This document shows positions 46,053-55,372 of a DNA stretch of 64,000 bases, one piece after another. Position numbers and translations under genes: made by a program. The notes under the pieces are model-generated. The model was not told the origin of the DNA, did not search any database, and saw only the letters and a list, made by a program, of their open reading frames with translations. Source of the DNA: Candidatus Dormiibacterota bacterium (GTDB lineage: Bacteria; Chloroflexota; Dormibacteria; Aeolococcales; Bog-877); assembly GCA_963804565.1 (NCBI GenBank), contig CAWDQV010000001.1, positions 1,045,365 to 1,109,364 of the forward strand. The letters run 5' to 3'. Every line of letters starts with the position of its first letter. Positions within the stretch are counted from its first letter, which is position 1.

Positions 46053-47255
46053 TCAGCGGGCCATCCCGACCTGCTGCGCCTGTTGGAACAACTTCCCCTC
46101 AGTGAGGATCGAGGGGGCAATCACCAGCTCGGTCTGCTGGAACTCCTCGATTGTCCTGGCTCCGCAGACGCCCATCGCCGACTTGATCGCGCCGAGGAAG
46201 TTCTGGGTGCCGTCGTCGACCCGAGCCGGCCCTAGGAGCAACTCCCGCAGAGTCGCCTTGGTTCCGACCTTGATCCGGGTGCCCCGGGGCAGGTTGGCGT
46301 CTGGGGTGGCCATGCCCCAGTGATTGCCGTGTCCAGGCGCCTCTTCGGCTGATGCGAAGACCGAGCCGATCATCACCCCATCGGCGCCCGAGGCGAATGC
46401 CTTGGTGACATCGCCGCCCACCCGCATGCCGCCGTCAGTGATGACAGTGACCGGCTGCCCGCCGGCACGGCGGTGGTCGTGGCGGGCGGCGGCCACGTCG
46501 GCGGTGGCCGTCACCTGGGGAACCCCGATCCCGAGCACACCTCGGGTGGTGCAGGCGGCCCCCGGGCCAACCCCGACCAGGATTCCTGCCACCCCAGTTC
46601 CCATGAGTTCCAGTGCTGTGTAGTACTCGACGCAGTTCCCCACCACGATCGGCAGCGTCGAACTCTTAGCTAAATGAGAGAAGTCGAGCTGTCGGTAGGA
46701 GCGGGAGATGTGGCGGGCCGTCAACACCGTGCCCTGCACGAAATAGATGTCTGCGCCGGCCTCGGTCACGATTGGCAGCTTTCGCTCGGCGTCCGCAGGA
46801 GTGGTGGATACCCCGCAGATCACCCCCTCCCGCTTGATCTCCCCGATCCGCTCGGCGATCAACTCGTCCTTGACCGGCTCGCGATACAGATCCTGAAGGA
46901 GGACGTTCACCCGCTCTCTGGGCGCTTCGGCGATCTGCTCATAGACCGCCGCCACATCGTCGTACCGACAGTTGATCCCGTCCAGGTTGAGCACCGCCAG
47001 CCCACCTAGCTTGCCCATCTCGATGGCGAAGTGGGCATCGACCACCCCGTCCATGGCCGCGGCGAGGATAGGAATCGCGAGCTCAACCTCACCGATGGTC
47101 AGCGTGATGTCGATCTCGTCGGGATTGATGGTGACCTTCCCCGGCACCAGAGCCACCTCGTCGAACCCGTAGGCCCGCCTTGCTCTTTTGCCTCTTCCGA
47201 GCTCTATGTCCAAGCAAGGCTCCCTTCGTGTGTAGGGGTGCGCGGGGACCACCAA
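46053..47255 (-). CDS. IMP dehydrogenase-family protein lacking CBS domains (GuaB3-like)
   Basis: About 400-aa TIM-barrel with IMPDH-like motifs ([39 protein letters not shown]) but no CBS insert. The start may be a few codons inside. Confidence 0.8.
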   Translation of the reverse strand: MVVPAHPYTRREPCLDIELGRGKRARRAYGFDEVALVPGKVTINPDEIDITLTIGEVELAIPILAAAMDGVVDAHFAIEMGKLGGLAVLNLDGINCRYDDVAAVYEQIAEAPRERVNVLLQDLYREPVKDELIAERIGEIKREGVICGVSTTPADAERKLPIVTEAGADIYFVQGTVLTARHISRSYRQLDFSHLAKSSTLPIVVGNCVEYYTALELMGTGVAGILVGVGPGAACTTRGVLGIGVPQVTATADVAAARHDHRRAGGQPVTVITDGGMRVGGDVTKAFASGADGVMIGSVFASAEEAPGHGNHWGMATPDANLPRGTRIKVGTKATLRELLLGPARVDDGTQNFLGAIKSAMGVCGARTIEEFQQTELVIAPSILTEGKLFQQAQQVGMAR

Positions 47256-47394
47256 ACGTACGCCAACCCGAGATCAAGCATACCAGATGGGGCGCTGCGT
47301 TAACCCCCGCCGACCCAGCATCTAGTGGATGGCCGGACGCTTCTCCACCCCATGTAGTGGATGTGGCTGCGCGGCAGCGGGCGGACGCCCGAGC

Positions 47395-48066
47395 CTAGCT
47401 TGTCTGAAGCTCGGCCCTCAGCACCAGTCGTTGGGTGTCGATCCAGAGCGGAGTGCAGGTGATCACCGTGATCCATGTCCCGCTCTTGGTCGGCTGGAGC
47501 TGGGTAACCTGGCCCGGGTACTCGGTCCACACGTCGGTGATCACGTAGGTGAACTGGTGACAGTCTCGGGTGGTTAGGACGATCTTTTCCCCGGTCTTGA
47601 GCGTCCCCAGCGGCTCGAAATTGGGCTCCCGGTGGAGGGCGTAAAGACCGTTGCCGGGTTGGCCAGGACCGGGCGAGCTCGAGTAGTGCACCACCGATCG
47701 CTCCAGCAGCATCGACCAGGTGCCGTTGCCGGCCACCCCCTCGATACCCGCCAGGCTGGGGAAGTCGATAAGGGCATACTCGGAGGCGGGGGAACCACTG
47801 CCACAGCTGGGAGCGGTGGCCAGGTTGCTGGACCCTGGCTGGGTGATGGTCTTGACCTTGGGCAGCTGCTTGCTCAGGGCCGACCCCGGCGCCTTCCACT
47901 TCTGAAGGGCCAGGCTGTCGGCGTGGGAGCGCTGCAGGAGTCCGACGACTGGGGGTACGAAGATCACCAATCCCGCCACCATCAGGACGATGCCGCTGAC
48001 GGCCAAAACCGCGCCCACCCGGCGCCTTCCCACAAGACCGGAGAGGCTACTCCGCGGACTCTTCAT
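47395..48066 (-). CDS. class E-like sortase (transpeptidase)
   Basis: N-terminal membrane anchor, conserved His (LYALHREPNF), TLxTC active-site Cys (TVITCTP) and downstream Arg (RLVLRAE). Confidence 0.8.
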   Translation of the reverse strand: MKSPRSSLSGLVGRRRVGAVLAVSGIVLMVAGLVIFVPPVVGLLQRSHADSLALQKWKAPGSALSKQLPKVKTITQPGSSNLATAPSCGSGSPASEYALIDFPSLAGIEGVAGNGTWSMLLERSVVHYSSSPGPGQPGNGLYALHREPNFEPLGTLKTGEKIVLTTRDCHQFTYVITDVWTEYPGQVTQLQPTKSGTWITVITCTPLWIDTQRLVLRAELQTS

Positions 48067-48211
48067 TTAACGCTCCGTAATCCCCTCCCGAGAACATGCT
48101 ACCCGAGCGGGAGAACTCACTCGCCCCCGTCACACTCGCCGTGCAGCTTGTTACTCACCCGTGCCCAGACCACGATGAGCTCAACGACGGAGCCCGGGAC
48201 ACAATCGGTGC

Positions 48212-49027
48212 GTGAGCCAGTACGCGACCATCGACAACGACGCTGGCAGCTTGAGCGTGTTTGGAGCGCCACTGGGCCTGGCGGCCGCCAAGCTGTTGGT
48301 TATCGACGACGATCCCGCCATGCTGCGGTTGGTGGAGTTGATCGCTGCCGAGAACGGCTACGACGTCGTGAGCGCGACCACCGGCGCGGCCGGGCTTCGC
48401 CTGGTGATGGAGACGGAACCGGACTTGGTTCTGCTTGACCTGTTGCTGCCCGACATGAGTGGCGTCGAAGTCTGCCGGCGACTTCGAGCGGCCGGGGTAA
48501 AGTCGACCGTTCTGATGATCAGCTGCCTCCACGATCCGGAGGACGTTGTCGTGGGCCTCGAAGTCGGAGCTGACGACTACATGCGCAAACCGTTTGAGGT
48601 CCGCGAACTGGTCGCTCGAATCAACGCTCGCTTGCGCCGGGCGCAGCTCGCACGTGAAGCCAACGGCATTGAGCGCCTCCACTTTCCTGGGCTCACCATC
48701 GACATGGGTCGGCACGAGGTTCGGCGTGATGGCAGGCCGGTCGCGCTCACCCCGACAGAGTTCAACATTCTGGTTGCCCTGGCGCGACAGGCAGGCGCGG
48801 TGGTCCCCCGACCTCAGCTAATCGCAGAGGTCTGGCGTAACCGCGACCCCTACCGTGTCCGGTCGCTGGACGCTCACCTCTACCGTCTTCGTCGCAAGAT
48901 CCAGCCAAGGAACGACGGGGCACACTATCTGCACGCGGTCATCGGCGCTGGCTACCGCTTCGAATACCAAGCGCCCCGCGCAGAAGCCCAGACGCAGCGG
49001 ATTCCCTACCTGCGGCTAGCGCACTAG
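48212..49027 (+). CDS. OmpR-family response regulator (orphan; no adjacent kinase)
   Basis: Receiver domain (LLVIDDDPAML...DLVLLDLLLPDMSG...ADDYMRKPF) plus a winged-helix domain (LTPTEFNILVALARQAGAVVPRPQL). The start may be downstream of 48212. Confidence 0.85.
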   Translation: MSQYATIDNDAGSLSVFGAPLGLAAAKLLVIDDDPAMLRLVELIAAENGYDVVSATTGAAGLRLVMETEPDLVLLDLLLPDMSGVEVCRRLRAAGVKSTVLMISCLHDPEDVVVGLEVGADDYMRKPFEVRELVARINARLRRAQLAREANGIERLHFPGLTIDMGRHEVRRDGRPVALTPTEFNILVALARQAGAVVPRPQLIAEVWRNRDPYRVRSLDAHLYRLRRKIQPRNDGAHYLHAVIGAGYRFEYQAPRAEAQTQRIPYLRLAH

Positions 49028-50373
49028 GGATAGATCCCCCGGGCCTGCGCGGCTCGAGCGACCCGACCGACTGCGATCAGGTAAGCGGCCTCGCGAAGTG
49101 AAACCTTGTGGCGCGCGTGGTACGCCCAGACCTGTTCGCTAGCTCGCAACATCGCGCGCTCCAATTGGGTATTGATCTCCTTCTCGTCCCAGAAGAACGA
49201 TTGGAGGTCTTGAACCCATTCGAAATACGACACCGTGACTCCGCCGGCGTTGGCGAGAATGTCCGGGACGACGAGGATCCCGTCCTCGGCAAGAACCGCT
49301 TCAGCTGCGGGAGTGATCGGGCCGTTGGCTCCCTCAGCAACGATGCGAGCCCGCACCGCGTTGGCGTTCGTGCTGTTGATGGTCGACTCCACCGAAGCCG
49401 GAACCAGGACGGTAACCGGCAGACTGAGAAGTTCCGCCCGCGTGATCGGCTCTCCCGGAACGTTGGCGTCCGCCATCCGACCGCCCGCCAGCTTGACCCT
49501 TTCGAGGCTTGCTACGTCCAAGCCACTGTCGCAGTGCCAGCCTTCGTGGCTGTCAGAGACGGCCACCACCCGGCACCCTTCATCGGCCAACAGTCGCGCG
49601 CAGGTGCGCCCTACATTGCCAAAGCCTTCGACCGCCACGGTGGCTCCATCGAGGGTGAGCCCGGTGTTGCGCAGCGCGTGCACCAAGATAGTCGCCAATC
49701 CTCTTCCGGTTGCCTCAACCCTTCCCACGGATCCGCCCGCTTCGATCGGTTTCCCCGTGACCGAAGCAGTCACCGAGTAGCCCTGGTGCATCGACAAGGT
49801 GTCCATGATCCAGGCCATGACCTGCGGACCGGTACCGATGTCCGGGGCCGGAATGTCACGCTCGGGTCCGAGCAGCATGCTGATTTCCGTAGTGAAGCGT
49901 CGGGTTAGTCGCTCCAATTCGCGGCGGCTCATCCGACGGGGATCCACGCAAACCGCTCCAGCAGCACCGCCGAAGGGCAGCGACATCAAGGCGGCCTTCC
50001 AGCTCATCGTCATCGCCAGTGCCTTGGTCTGGTCCAAGGTGGCGTCGGCCTCATACCGGATGCCACCTTTGGCCGGGCCGCGGGCGATGTTGTGATGGAC
50101 GCGGTTGCCCACAAAGACTTCGACCGTGCCGTCGTCCCGTACAACCGGGAAGTGCACCTGGAAGATCCGTTTGACTTCGCGCAGGACGCTGCGAACATCC
50201 TCGTCAAGGTGCAGCATCTCAGCCGCCTGATCCACGCGGTGCTGGGCGGTGCCGTAAAGGTCTTCGCTTCCCGGCGTCGGAGACGGCGCGATCACGGAGT
50301 CAGTATATGAGTGCGATGATCGGGGTTGGGAAGTCAAATGGCGGCCTGCGACGAGCCGGTAACACTTGCTCAC
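49024..50373 (-). CDS. gdhA: glutamate dehydrogenase (Glu/Leu/Phe/Val dehydrogenase family)
   Basis: 449 aa. Catalytic-lysine region GGIRYEADATLDQTKALAMTMSWKAALMSLPFGGAAGAV and a Rossmann domain (GFGNVGRTCARLLADEGCRVVAVSD). Its stop shares the CTAG tetranucleotide with the convergent response-regulator stop. Confidence 0.9.
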   Translation of the reverse strand: MSKCYRLVAGRHLTSQPRSSHSYTDSVIAPSPTPGSEDLYGTAQHRVDQAAEMLHLDEDVRSVLREVKRIFQVHFPVVRDDGTVEVFVGNRVHHNIARGPAKGGIRYEADATLDQTKALAMTMSWKAALMSLPFGGAAGAVCVDPRRMSRRELERLTRRFTTEISMLLGPERDIPAPDIGTGPQVMAWIMDTLSMHQGYSVTASVTGKPIEAGGSVGRVEATGRGLATILVHALRNTGLTLDGATVAVEGFGNVGRTCARLLADEGCRVVAVSDSHEGWHCDSGLDVASLERVKLAGGRMADANVPGEPITRAELLSLPVTVLVPASVESTINSTNANAVRARIVAEGANGPITPAAEAVLAEDGILVVPDILANAGGVTVSYFEWVQDLQSFFWDEKEINTQLERAMLRASEQVWAYHARHKVSLREAAYLIAVGRVARAAQARGIYP

Positions 50374-50572
50374 AAGGGCTCAAAGTGGTTGACATCCTCA
50401 CCCGCATGCACGATTGTGTGCCACAATTGGATTTACTCGATGGTGCGGGGAACCGGTTCACATCGCTTTCACTCACGTCACAATCACAACCGGCATCTAC
50501 AATCAGGCATCACCCTGAACGTCCAGGCGCTCAATTAGCTTGCGCCGCAGCAACCTAGGAGGAGACTCATCC

Positions 50573-51205
50573 ATGCCGCGAACCCCAAGGAGGACAGGCA
50601 CTCGGCGTACCACCGCGCGCCCTGCCGCAAGGACCACACGAAGGCCGGCGGCCAGGCGAACCGCCGCACGCACGACCGCACGTAGCACTACGGCGCGGCG
50701 GACCACAGCGCGGCGCACTACTCGCACCGCCCCCACCGCCGCTTCGCTGAGCAAGAACCTCTCAGCGCAGTTGAAGGCCCTGGAGAAGCGCCTGGCCGAC
50801 ATCGAGAAGAAGCTCGACGCGGCCGTGACCCGCAGCGCCGCCGCTCCTCGGACCACCCGTAAGCCCGCTCGGCGCACGACTGCTCGGCGTACCACAGCCC
50901 GGCGCACGGCCACTGCGCGGCCGGCGACTCGCGCGCGCCGGACCACCGCTCGCGCTACCACGGCGAAGCGTCGCACCGCCGCCCGGACGACACCCGCTCG
51001 TGCGACCACTCGGCGCCGGACGGCCCGGACTGCGACCGCAGCCGCGCCCCGTCGCGCCGCAGCGAAGAGGACCGGGCGCGCCCCGCGCAAGACGACGGCA
51101 CGCCGCGCTCCCCGCGCAGCGGCAGCTCCGAAGGCTGCACGTCGCCCTGCCAAGCGGCGGGGTCGGGTGACCCTATCCGGTGCCGGAGGATCCGGCGCCT
51201 CCTGA
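50573..51205 (+). CDS. highly basic Arg/Thr/Ala-rich tandem-repeat protein with a central amphipathic helix (possible nucleoid-associated/histone-tail-like protein)
   Basis: ATG at 50573 preceded by AGGAGGA. 210 aa, of which about 30% are Arg, arranged in (T)TARRT/ARRTTA repeats on both sides of SLSKNLSAQLKALEKRLADIEKKLDAAV. It is followed by an intrinsic terminator. The antisense frame is also open because of the repeat composition, but lacks a start context. Confidence 0.6.
   Translation: MPRTPRRTGTRRTTARPAARTTRRPAARRTAARTTARSTTARRTTARRTTRTAPTAASLSKNLSAQLKALEKRLADIEKKLDAAVTRSAAAPRTTRKPARRTTARRTTARRTATARPATRARRTTARATTAKRRTAARTTPARATTRRRTARTATAAAPRRAAAKRTGRAPRKTTARRAPRAAAAPKAARRPAKRRGRVTLSGAGGSGAS
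50590..51170 (+). repeat. imperfect tandem DNA repeats (about 12-15 nt units such as CGCACGACCGCA / CGGCGCACTACT) encoding the RRTTA repeats
   Basis: Visible periodicity of CGNACNACNGCNCGNCGN units across the ORF except for the central about 100 nt. Boundaries are approximate. Confidence 0.55.
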
Positions 51206-51235
51206 TACTTCGCTCTCTTCTCTCGGTCTCTCTAA

Positions 51236-51270
51236 AGGAGCGGGTCGCGGAGCCCGCTCCTTTTCCTTTT
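51236..51270 (+). terminator. intrinsic (rho-independent) terminator
   Basis: AGGAGCGGG-tcgcggag-CCCGCTCCT forms a perfect 9-bp GC-rich stem, followed by TTTTCCTTTT. It sits between the convergent repeat-protein gene and ltaE. Coordinates are approximate within a few nt. Confidence 0.7.
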
Positions 51271-51287
51271 CCCGGACCGGCATCAGA

Positions 51288-52322
51288 TCAGGCGGCGAAG
51301 ACCTTCAAAAGCCGCTCCGCCGCCTCCGCGACGTCCTCCATGCTCACGTCGAGGTGAGTCACTAGACGGACCGTGTGCGAGGCGAACGGTACCGCGAGGA
51401 CGCCTACCTGCTGCGCACGCTGGACGACCTGGTTCGCATCCAGGTCGGTTCGCAGCAGCACGATGTTGGTCTGCACCTCCGTCGGGTCGACCTTCACTCC
51501 GGGCGCCGCTTGAAGCTTCTCCGCCAGGTGCCGCGCCTTGCGGTGATCATCACCGAGGCGATCGAGGTTGTGTTCCAGAGCGAAGAGCCCGGCTGCGGCC
51601 AGGATGCCCACTTGGCGCATCCCGCCACCGAGCCGCTTGCGCCACGTGTGAGCACGGGCTCTCGCTTCAGTCGTTCCCACCCAGAGGGTGCCGGCGGGAC
51701 AACCGAGTCCCTTGGATAGAGCGAAGGTCGCCGAGTCCACGCAGTTGGTGAAATCGGTCATCGGCAATCCGACGCTGGTGGCTGCATTGGCCAGGCGGGC
51801 CCCGTCCAAATGCACTGCGAGACCCATGCGATGGGCGAGCTCGGTAGTGCGGCGCAACTCCTCGATTGGGGCTACCGTACCACCACGCCGGTTGTGGCTC
51901 TGCTCCAAGCAGAGTTGCGCCGTGCGAGGCTCATGATCCGGATCCCCGAGTCGTTCGAGCGAAGCCAACTGTGCCGGAGAAGGACATCCCGCGGAAGGAG
52001 CGTCGAAGTTACGCAGCTGGATCCCGGCGATCACCGCCGTGCCTGCCAGCTCGTAGTGGAGTATGTGCGACTCGGAGTCGACCAATACCTCTTCTCCTGG
52101 CACCGTGGCACTGGCAACGCCGATCAGGTTGGCCATTGTGCCGCTGGGACATAACAGCGCCGCCTCCTTACCGAGCAGGCTGGCGACCTGTTCCTCCAGA
52201 CGGCGCACGCTGGGGTCTTCGCCGAACACGTCATCGCCAACCTCGGCGGTGGCCATTGCCTGACGCATCCCCTCGGAAGGACGAGTCACCGTGTCGCTGC
52301 GCAGGTCAATTGCGTCAGCCAT
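51288..52322 (-). CDS. ltaE: low-specificity L-threonine aldolase
   Basis: 344-aa fold-type-I PLP enzyme. DLRSDTVTRPSEGMRQAMA...GDDVFGEDPSV...GTMANL are typical of LtaE. Confidence 0.85.
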   Translation of the reverse strand: MADAIDLRSDTVTRPSEGMRQAMATAEVGDDVFGEDPSVRRLEEQVASLLGKEAALLCPSGTMANLIGVASATVPGEEVLVDSESHILHYELAGTAVIAGIQLRNFDAPSAGCPSPAQLASLERLGDPDHEPRTAQLCLEQSHNRRGGTVAPIEELRRTTELAHRMGLAVHLDGARLANAATSVGLPMTDFTNCVDSATFALSKGLGCPAGTLWVGTTEARARAHTWRKRLGGGMRQVGILAAAGLFALEHNLDRLGDDHRKARHLAEKLQAAPGVKVDPTEVQTNIVLLRTDLDANQVVQRAQQVGVLAVPFASHTVRLVTHLDVSMEDVAEAAERLLKVFAA

Positions 52323-52362
52323 TGATCGTGGTCCATCGTAGGGCTTCGATGCCGCGGCCCGT

Positions 52363-54498
52363 TCAGGTGCTTACCGGCTCTCCCGCCGTTAGAGCCAGGT
52401 CCAGGAACTCGACGCGGTTGCGGCCATTCCGCTTGGCAGCGTAGAGCGCGCGGTCAGCAAGGTCGAGCAGGTTGCGCGCTCCCTTGGATCCATCGGGGAA
52501 GGTGACACCGCCGATGCTGACTGTTACCTGCACTTCCGTGCCGTCGTCGAGACGGACGGTCATATCTTCGATCGCCGACCGAATCTTGTCCGCGACCACC
52601 TCTGCGTCCACTCGAGAGGTGTTCGCCATCACCACCACGAATTCCTCGCCACCGTAGCGGGCAGCCAGGTCCGACTTGCGGATCGTCTCCACCATCACGC
52701 TGGCGAACTTACGCAGTAGTCGGTCTCCGGCAGGATGTCCGTGCGAGTCGTTGACTAATTTGAAATGGTCCAGGTCGAGCATCAGCACTGAGAGGGGTGA
52801 GCTGGCCCGCTCTGCGACGTTCACCTGCTGATCGAGGTAGCCCACCAAGAATCGGTAGTTGTAAAGGCCGGTCATCTCGTCGGTCGTCGCCTCTCGTTGC
52901 GTCACCGCCAACCGGGTGCTCTTGTCCACCGCGACCACGATCTGATCGGCCACCCCGCGACAAAGGGTGTAGTCCTCATCCACATATGGCGTGCGCTTGT
53001 TGCCGACTATGAGCAGTCCCAGGTCGTGATCTTCAGAGCGCATCGGTTCCGCCAGACAGTCCCTGAGCCCGAGCCGCTCCTCTGTGCTGCTGCGCTCGTC
53101 GCTGCCCAGGTGAGTGCGCACGACGAAGCGGGGCTCACGGATCAGGTCGCCGATCAACCCCGGACTGCTCTCCAGATCCGTCCAGGTGGGGACCGGAGCT
53201 GGTATCCCCGCCGAGACCAGATGTCCGCGCGTCATGTGCGACTGAGGCCGCAGCAAGATCAGTGCGATGTCGGCGTCCAGGAGGTCGACCAAGCTCCGCA
53301 GGACTTGGTCAAGTGCTTGGTCGAGTGGAGCGTTGCCGGTGAGTGTCGACGCGATCACCGTCCGTCCGGTCGCTATCAGGAGCTGCCGACGCAGCTGCTT
53401 ACGCACGAGCTCGAAATTCGCCGCGAGCCGTCGGATTTCCTCGGCACCGCCATCCACCGCGACCGGCGCCGCGTAGGCGTCCAAGCCGAGCCGCTGCACT
53501 GCGACGTCGAGCCGTCGCAAGGGTCGGTTGAGGAAATGCTCTACCAAGAGGAAGACTGCGGCCATGCCCAGCAGGAGTACCCCGGCGACCGCGAGCGCCA
53601 GCGGAAGGGCTAGGTCTCCCACGGTCACGCTGATCCCGCCACCCGATTCCAGCACGACCAACGTGGCGACCGGGCGACCGCTGCCAGATCGGAGGGTCGC
53701 TTCCGCGACGGCGAACTGGGTATCCCCGACCGAGCCCTGGCCGGCGCGACCATCTCCCAACTGGGCGGACCGGAGCGAAGTCGGAAGCGCCGCTCCGGCC
53801 GGGTAGGCTACTCCACCGATAATGGTTCGAAGGGCCAGACGGTCACCCACCAGCAGGGCGGTCGAGGAGTGCAGCCCGGCAGAGCCGACCAGCTGCTGGG
53901 CATACGCGAGGACTGACGAGCCGACAGGGGTAAGTACCACTGCGCGACCAACCGCCCTTCCAGCTGCGCTGACGGTTGCGACTCCCTCGCCCCAGAGCAG
54001 GCGAGTCCCACCAAGGAGGTAGCCGCCGCCGCCGCCAGCGGCGCAGGCTGCAGCGTCCGCACTGGGGCCGCTGGCCAGCCGGGTCAGACTGGGTAGGGTC
54101 GAAGTGGTGGCCGGGGCTCTGGCCAGGAGCTGCCCACCGGCGCCCAGTAGGACGAGGACCTGGCCGGGACTTGCGTTGGCCACCGCCGCCTTGGCCAGGG
54201 TTGCCGGGCTCGATCCACCCTGCGAGAACGACTGGGCGGTTGCCGGCTGGCGAGCCACCTCACAGGCGAACCTTTGGGACGCGGTGGCAGTCTGCAGCTG
54301 GAGGAGGCTGCCGGCCAGTCTGGCGGCTCCGAGGCTGGTCTGAGCCTCCTGCTGGGTGCGAGCCTGCTGGGTCTCAACCCAGGCGACGGCTCCCGCGACC
54401 ACGGCGGTCGTCAGCCCGACACCCACCAGAACGAGCGCGAACTGGGCGGTGAAGGACCTTCGTCGAACGCGACGGCGCGAGATGGGTTGGGGGGACAA
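52363..54498 (-). CDS. membrane sensor diguanylate cyclase (2 TM, periplasmic sensor, HAMP, GAF, GGDEF)
   Basis: 711 aa. TM1 near residue 20. The second TM is LALAVAGVLLLGMAAVFLLV. A GAF-like region follows. The C-terminal GGDEF domain has RYGGEEF and the inhibitory-site-like RSDL motif. Confidence 0.85.
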   Translation of the reverse strand: MSPQPISRRRVRRRSFTAQFALVLVGVGLTTAVVAGAVAWVETQQARTQQEAQTSLGAARLAGSLLQLQTATASQRFACEVARQPATAQSFSQGGSSPATLAKAAVANASPGQVLVLLGAGGQLLARAPATTSTLPSLTRLASGPSADAAACAAGGGGGYLLGGTRLLWGEGVATVSAAGRAVGRAVVLTPVGSSVLAYAQQLVGSAGLHSSTALLVGDRLALRTIIGGVAYPAGAALPTSLRSAQLGDGRAGQGSVGDTQFAVAEATLRSGSGRPVATLVVLESGGGISVTVGDLALPLALAVAGVLLLGMAAVFLLVEHFLNRPLRRLDVAVQRLGLDAYAAPVAVDGGAEEIRRLAANFELVRKQLRRQLLIATGRTVIASTLTGNAPLDQALDQVLRSLVDLLDADIALILLRPQSHMTRGHLVSAGIPAPVPTWTDLESSPGLIGDLIREPRFVVRTHLGSDERSSTEERLGLRDCLAEPMRSEDHDLGLLIVGNKRTPYVDEDYTLCRGVADQIVVAVDKSTRLAVTQREATTDEMTGLYNYRFLVGYLDQQVNVAERASSPLSVLMLDLDHFKLVNDSHGHPAGDRLLRKFASVMVETIRKSDLAARYGGEEFVVVMANTSRVDAEVVADKIRSAIEDMTVRLDDGTEVQVTVSIGGVTFPDGSKGARNLLDLADRALYAAKRNGRNRVEFLDLALTAGEPVST

Positions 54499-54757
54499 TC
54501 TCCGGCCCTGCCTGGTCAGCTGAAGTGGCCGTTCCGACTGCCTGGATCGATCCCCGCCCGCTGAGTGAAAAGGACGAGAGCTCCAAGACGGTCATCAGGC
54601 ACCAGCCCTATGATGTCTCCCACCGTAGTCGTCCAGATCGAGGCCTTGGGACCAAGCCGGTAGCGATGAAGTGACGCTGGCCTTACTTTCCCGTGACATT
54701 TGGGCCGGACCGCGGACGGCTGTGGGCAGACCCGGTTTGCGCAGAGGTTGACGTCCG

Positions 54758-55372
54758 GTGCCGGAAGTGGTCGTGTCCTTCTTGGACGGCGAGGTCCTCT
54801 ACGGAGAGTTGCCCCTGTTGCACATGGACGACCCGTTCGTCGACCTGGATCTGCATACCCTGGACGGCAACACGCGACAGGCCCTAGTGCCGGTCAGCGG
54901 GGTGCGCCAGATAGACCTGACCAGGGTCGATCAGATGGGCGACGACTTCGACCTGAAGGCGTTGGCAAGGGTCGCCCTGCACTTCATCGATGGTCAGGTG
55001 ATGCGGGCTCACGTGGTAAACCCGGCGTCACTGCAGCGCTTCGGGTCCGTGTGGGACGTGATTGACGCGCAGAGCCGAGAGCACAAGATCTGCGCCGTCC
55101 CCTACACGGCGCTCAAGGGTGCCTTCTACGTTCGGCGATGGGATACCCGGTCTCCCCTGGAGCGCTCCAGCTCGGTCGCCGCTGGCCACTCCGGCCGGCG
55201 GCGACTGGCCGAGATCCAGTCCCGGCGCAACCGCCAATCGTTGAGCCGCAAGCTGCCCCATGGAGGAGGCGGCCTGATGGACCGGGTAGACCCTGGGGAG
55301 GGACGCCCCCCGAAACGGCGGGGGTCGCCTGGGGCGGAGGATGGTCCGCCCCCAGACAAGGGTTCCCGATGA
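54758..55372 (+). CDS. hypothetical protein with two Sm-like/beta-barrel-like modules and a disordered Arg/Gly-rich tail
   Basis: VVVSFLDGEVLYGELPLLHMDDPFVDLDL and ALHFIDGQVMRAHVVN resemble Sm1-type motifs (inference only). The stop overlaps the start of the downstream epimerase gene (ATGA). Confidence 0.45.
   Translation: MPEVVVSFLDGEVLYGELPLLHMDDPFVDLDLHTLDGNTRQALVPVSGVRQIDLTRVDQMGDDFDLKALARVALHFIDGQVMRAHVVNPASLQRFGSVWDVIDAQSREHKICAVPYTALKGAFYVRRWDTRSPLERSSSVAAGHSGRRRLAEIQSRRNRQSLSRKLPHGGGGLMDRVDPGEGRPPKRRGSPGAEDGPPPDKGSR

Noticed and set aside
50503-51153. 216-aa minus-strand ORF (MAGRRAAFGAAAARGARR...) antisense to the Arg/Thr-repeat protein gene
   Set aside because: It is open only because the repeat DNA lacks stop codons in both orientations. 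It has no RBS or start context. The plus-strand frame has AGGAGGA plus ATG, a structured central helix and a downstream terminator in the right orientation.
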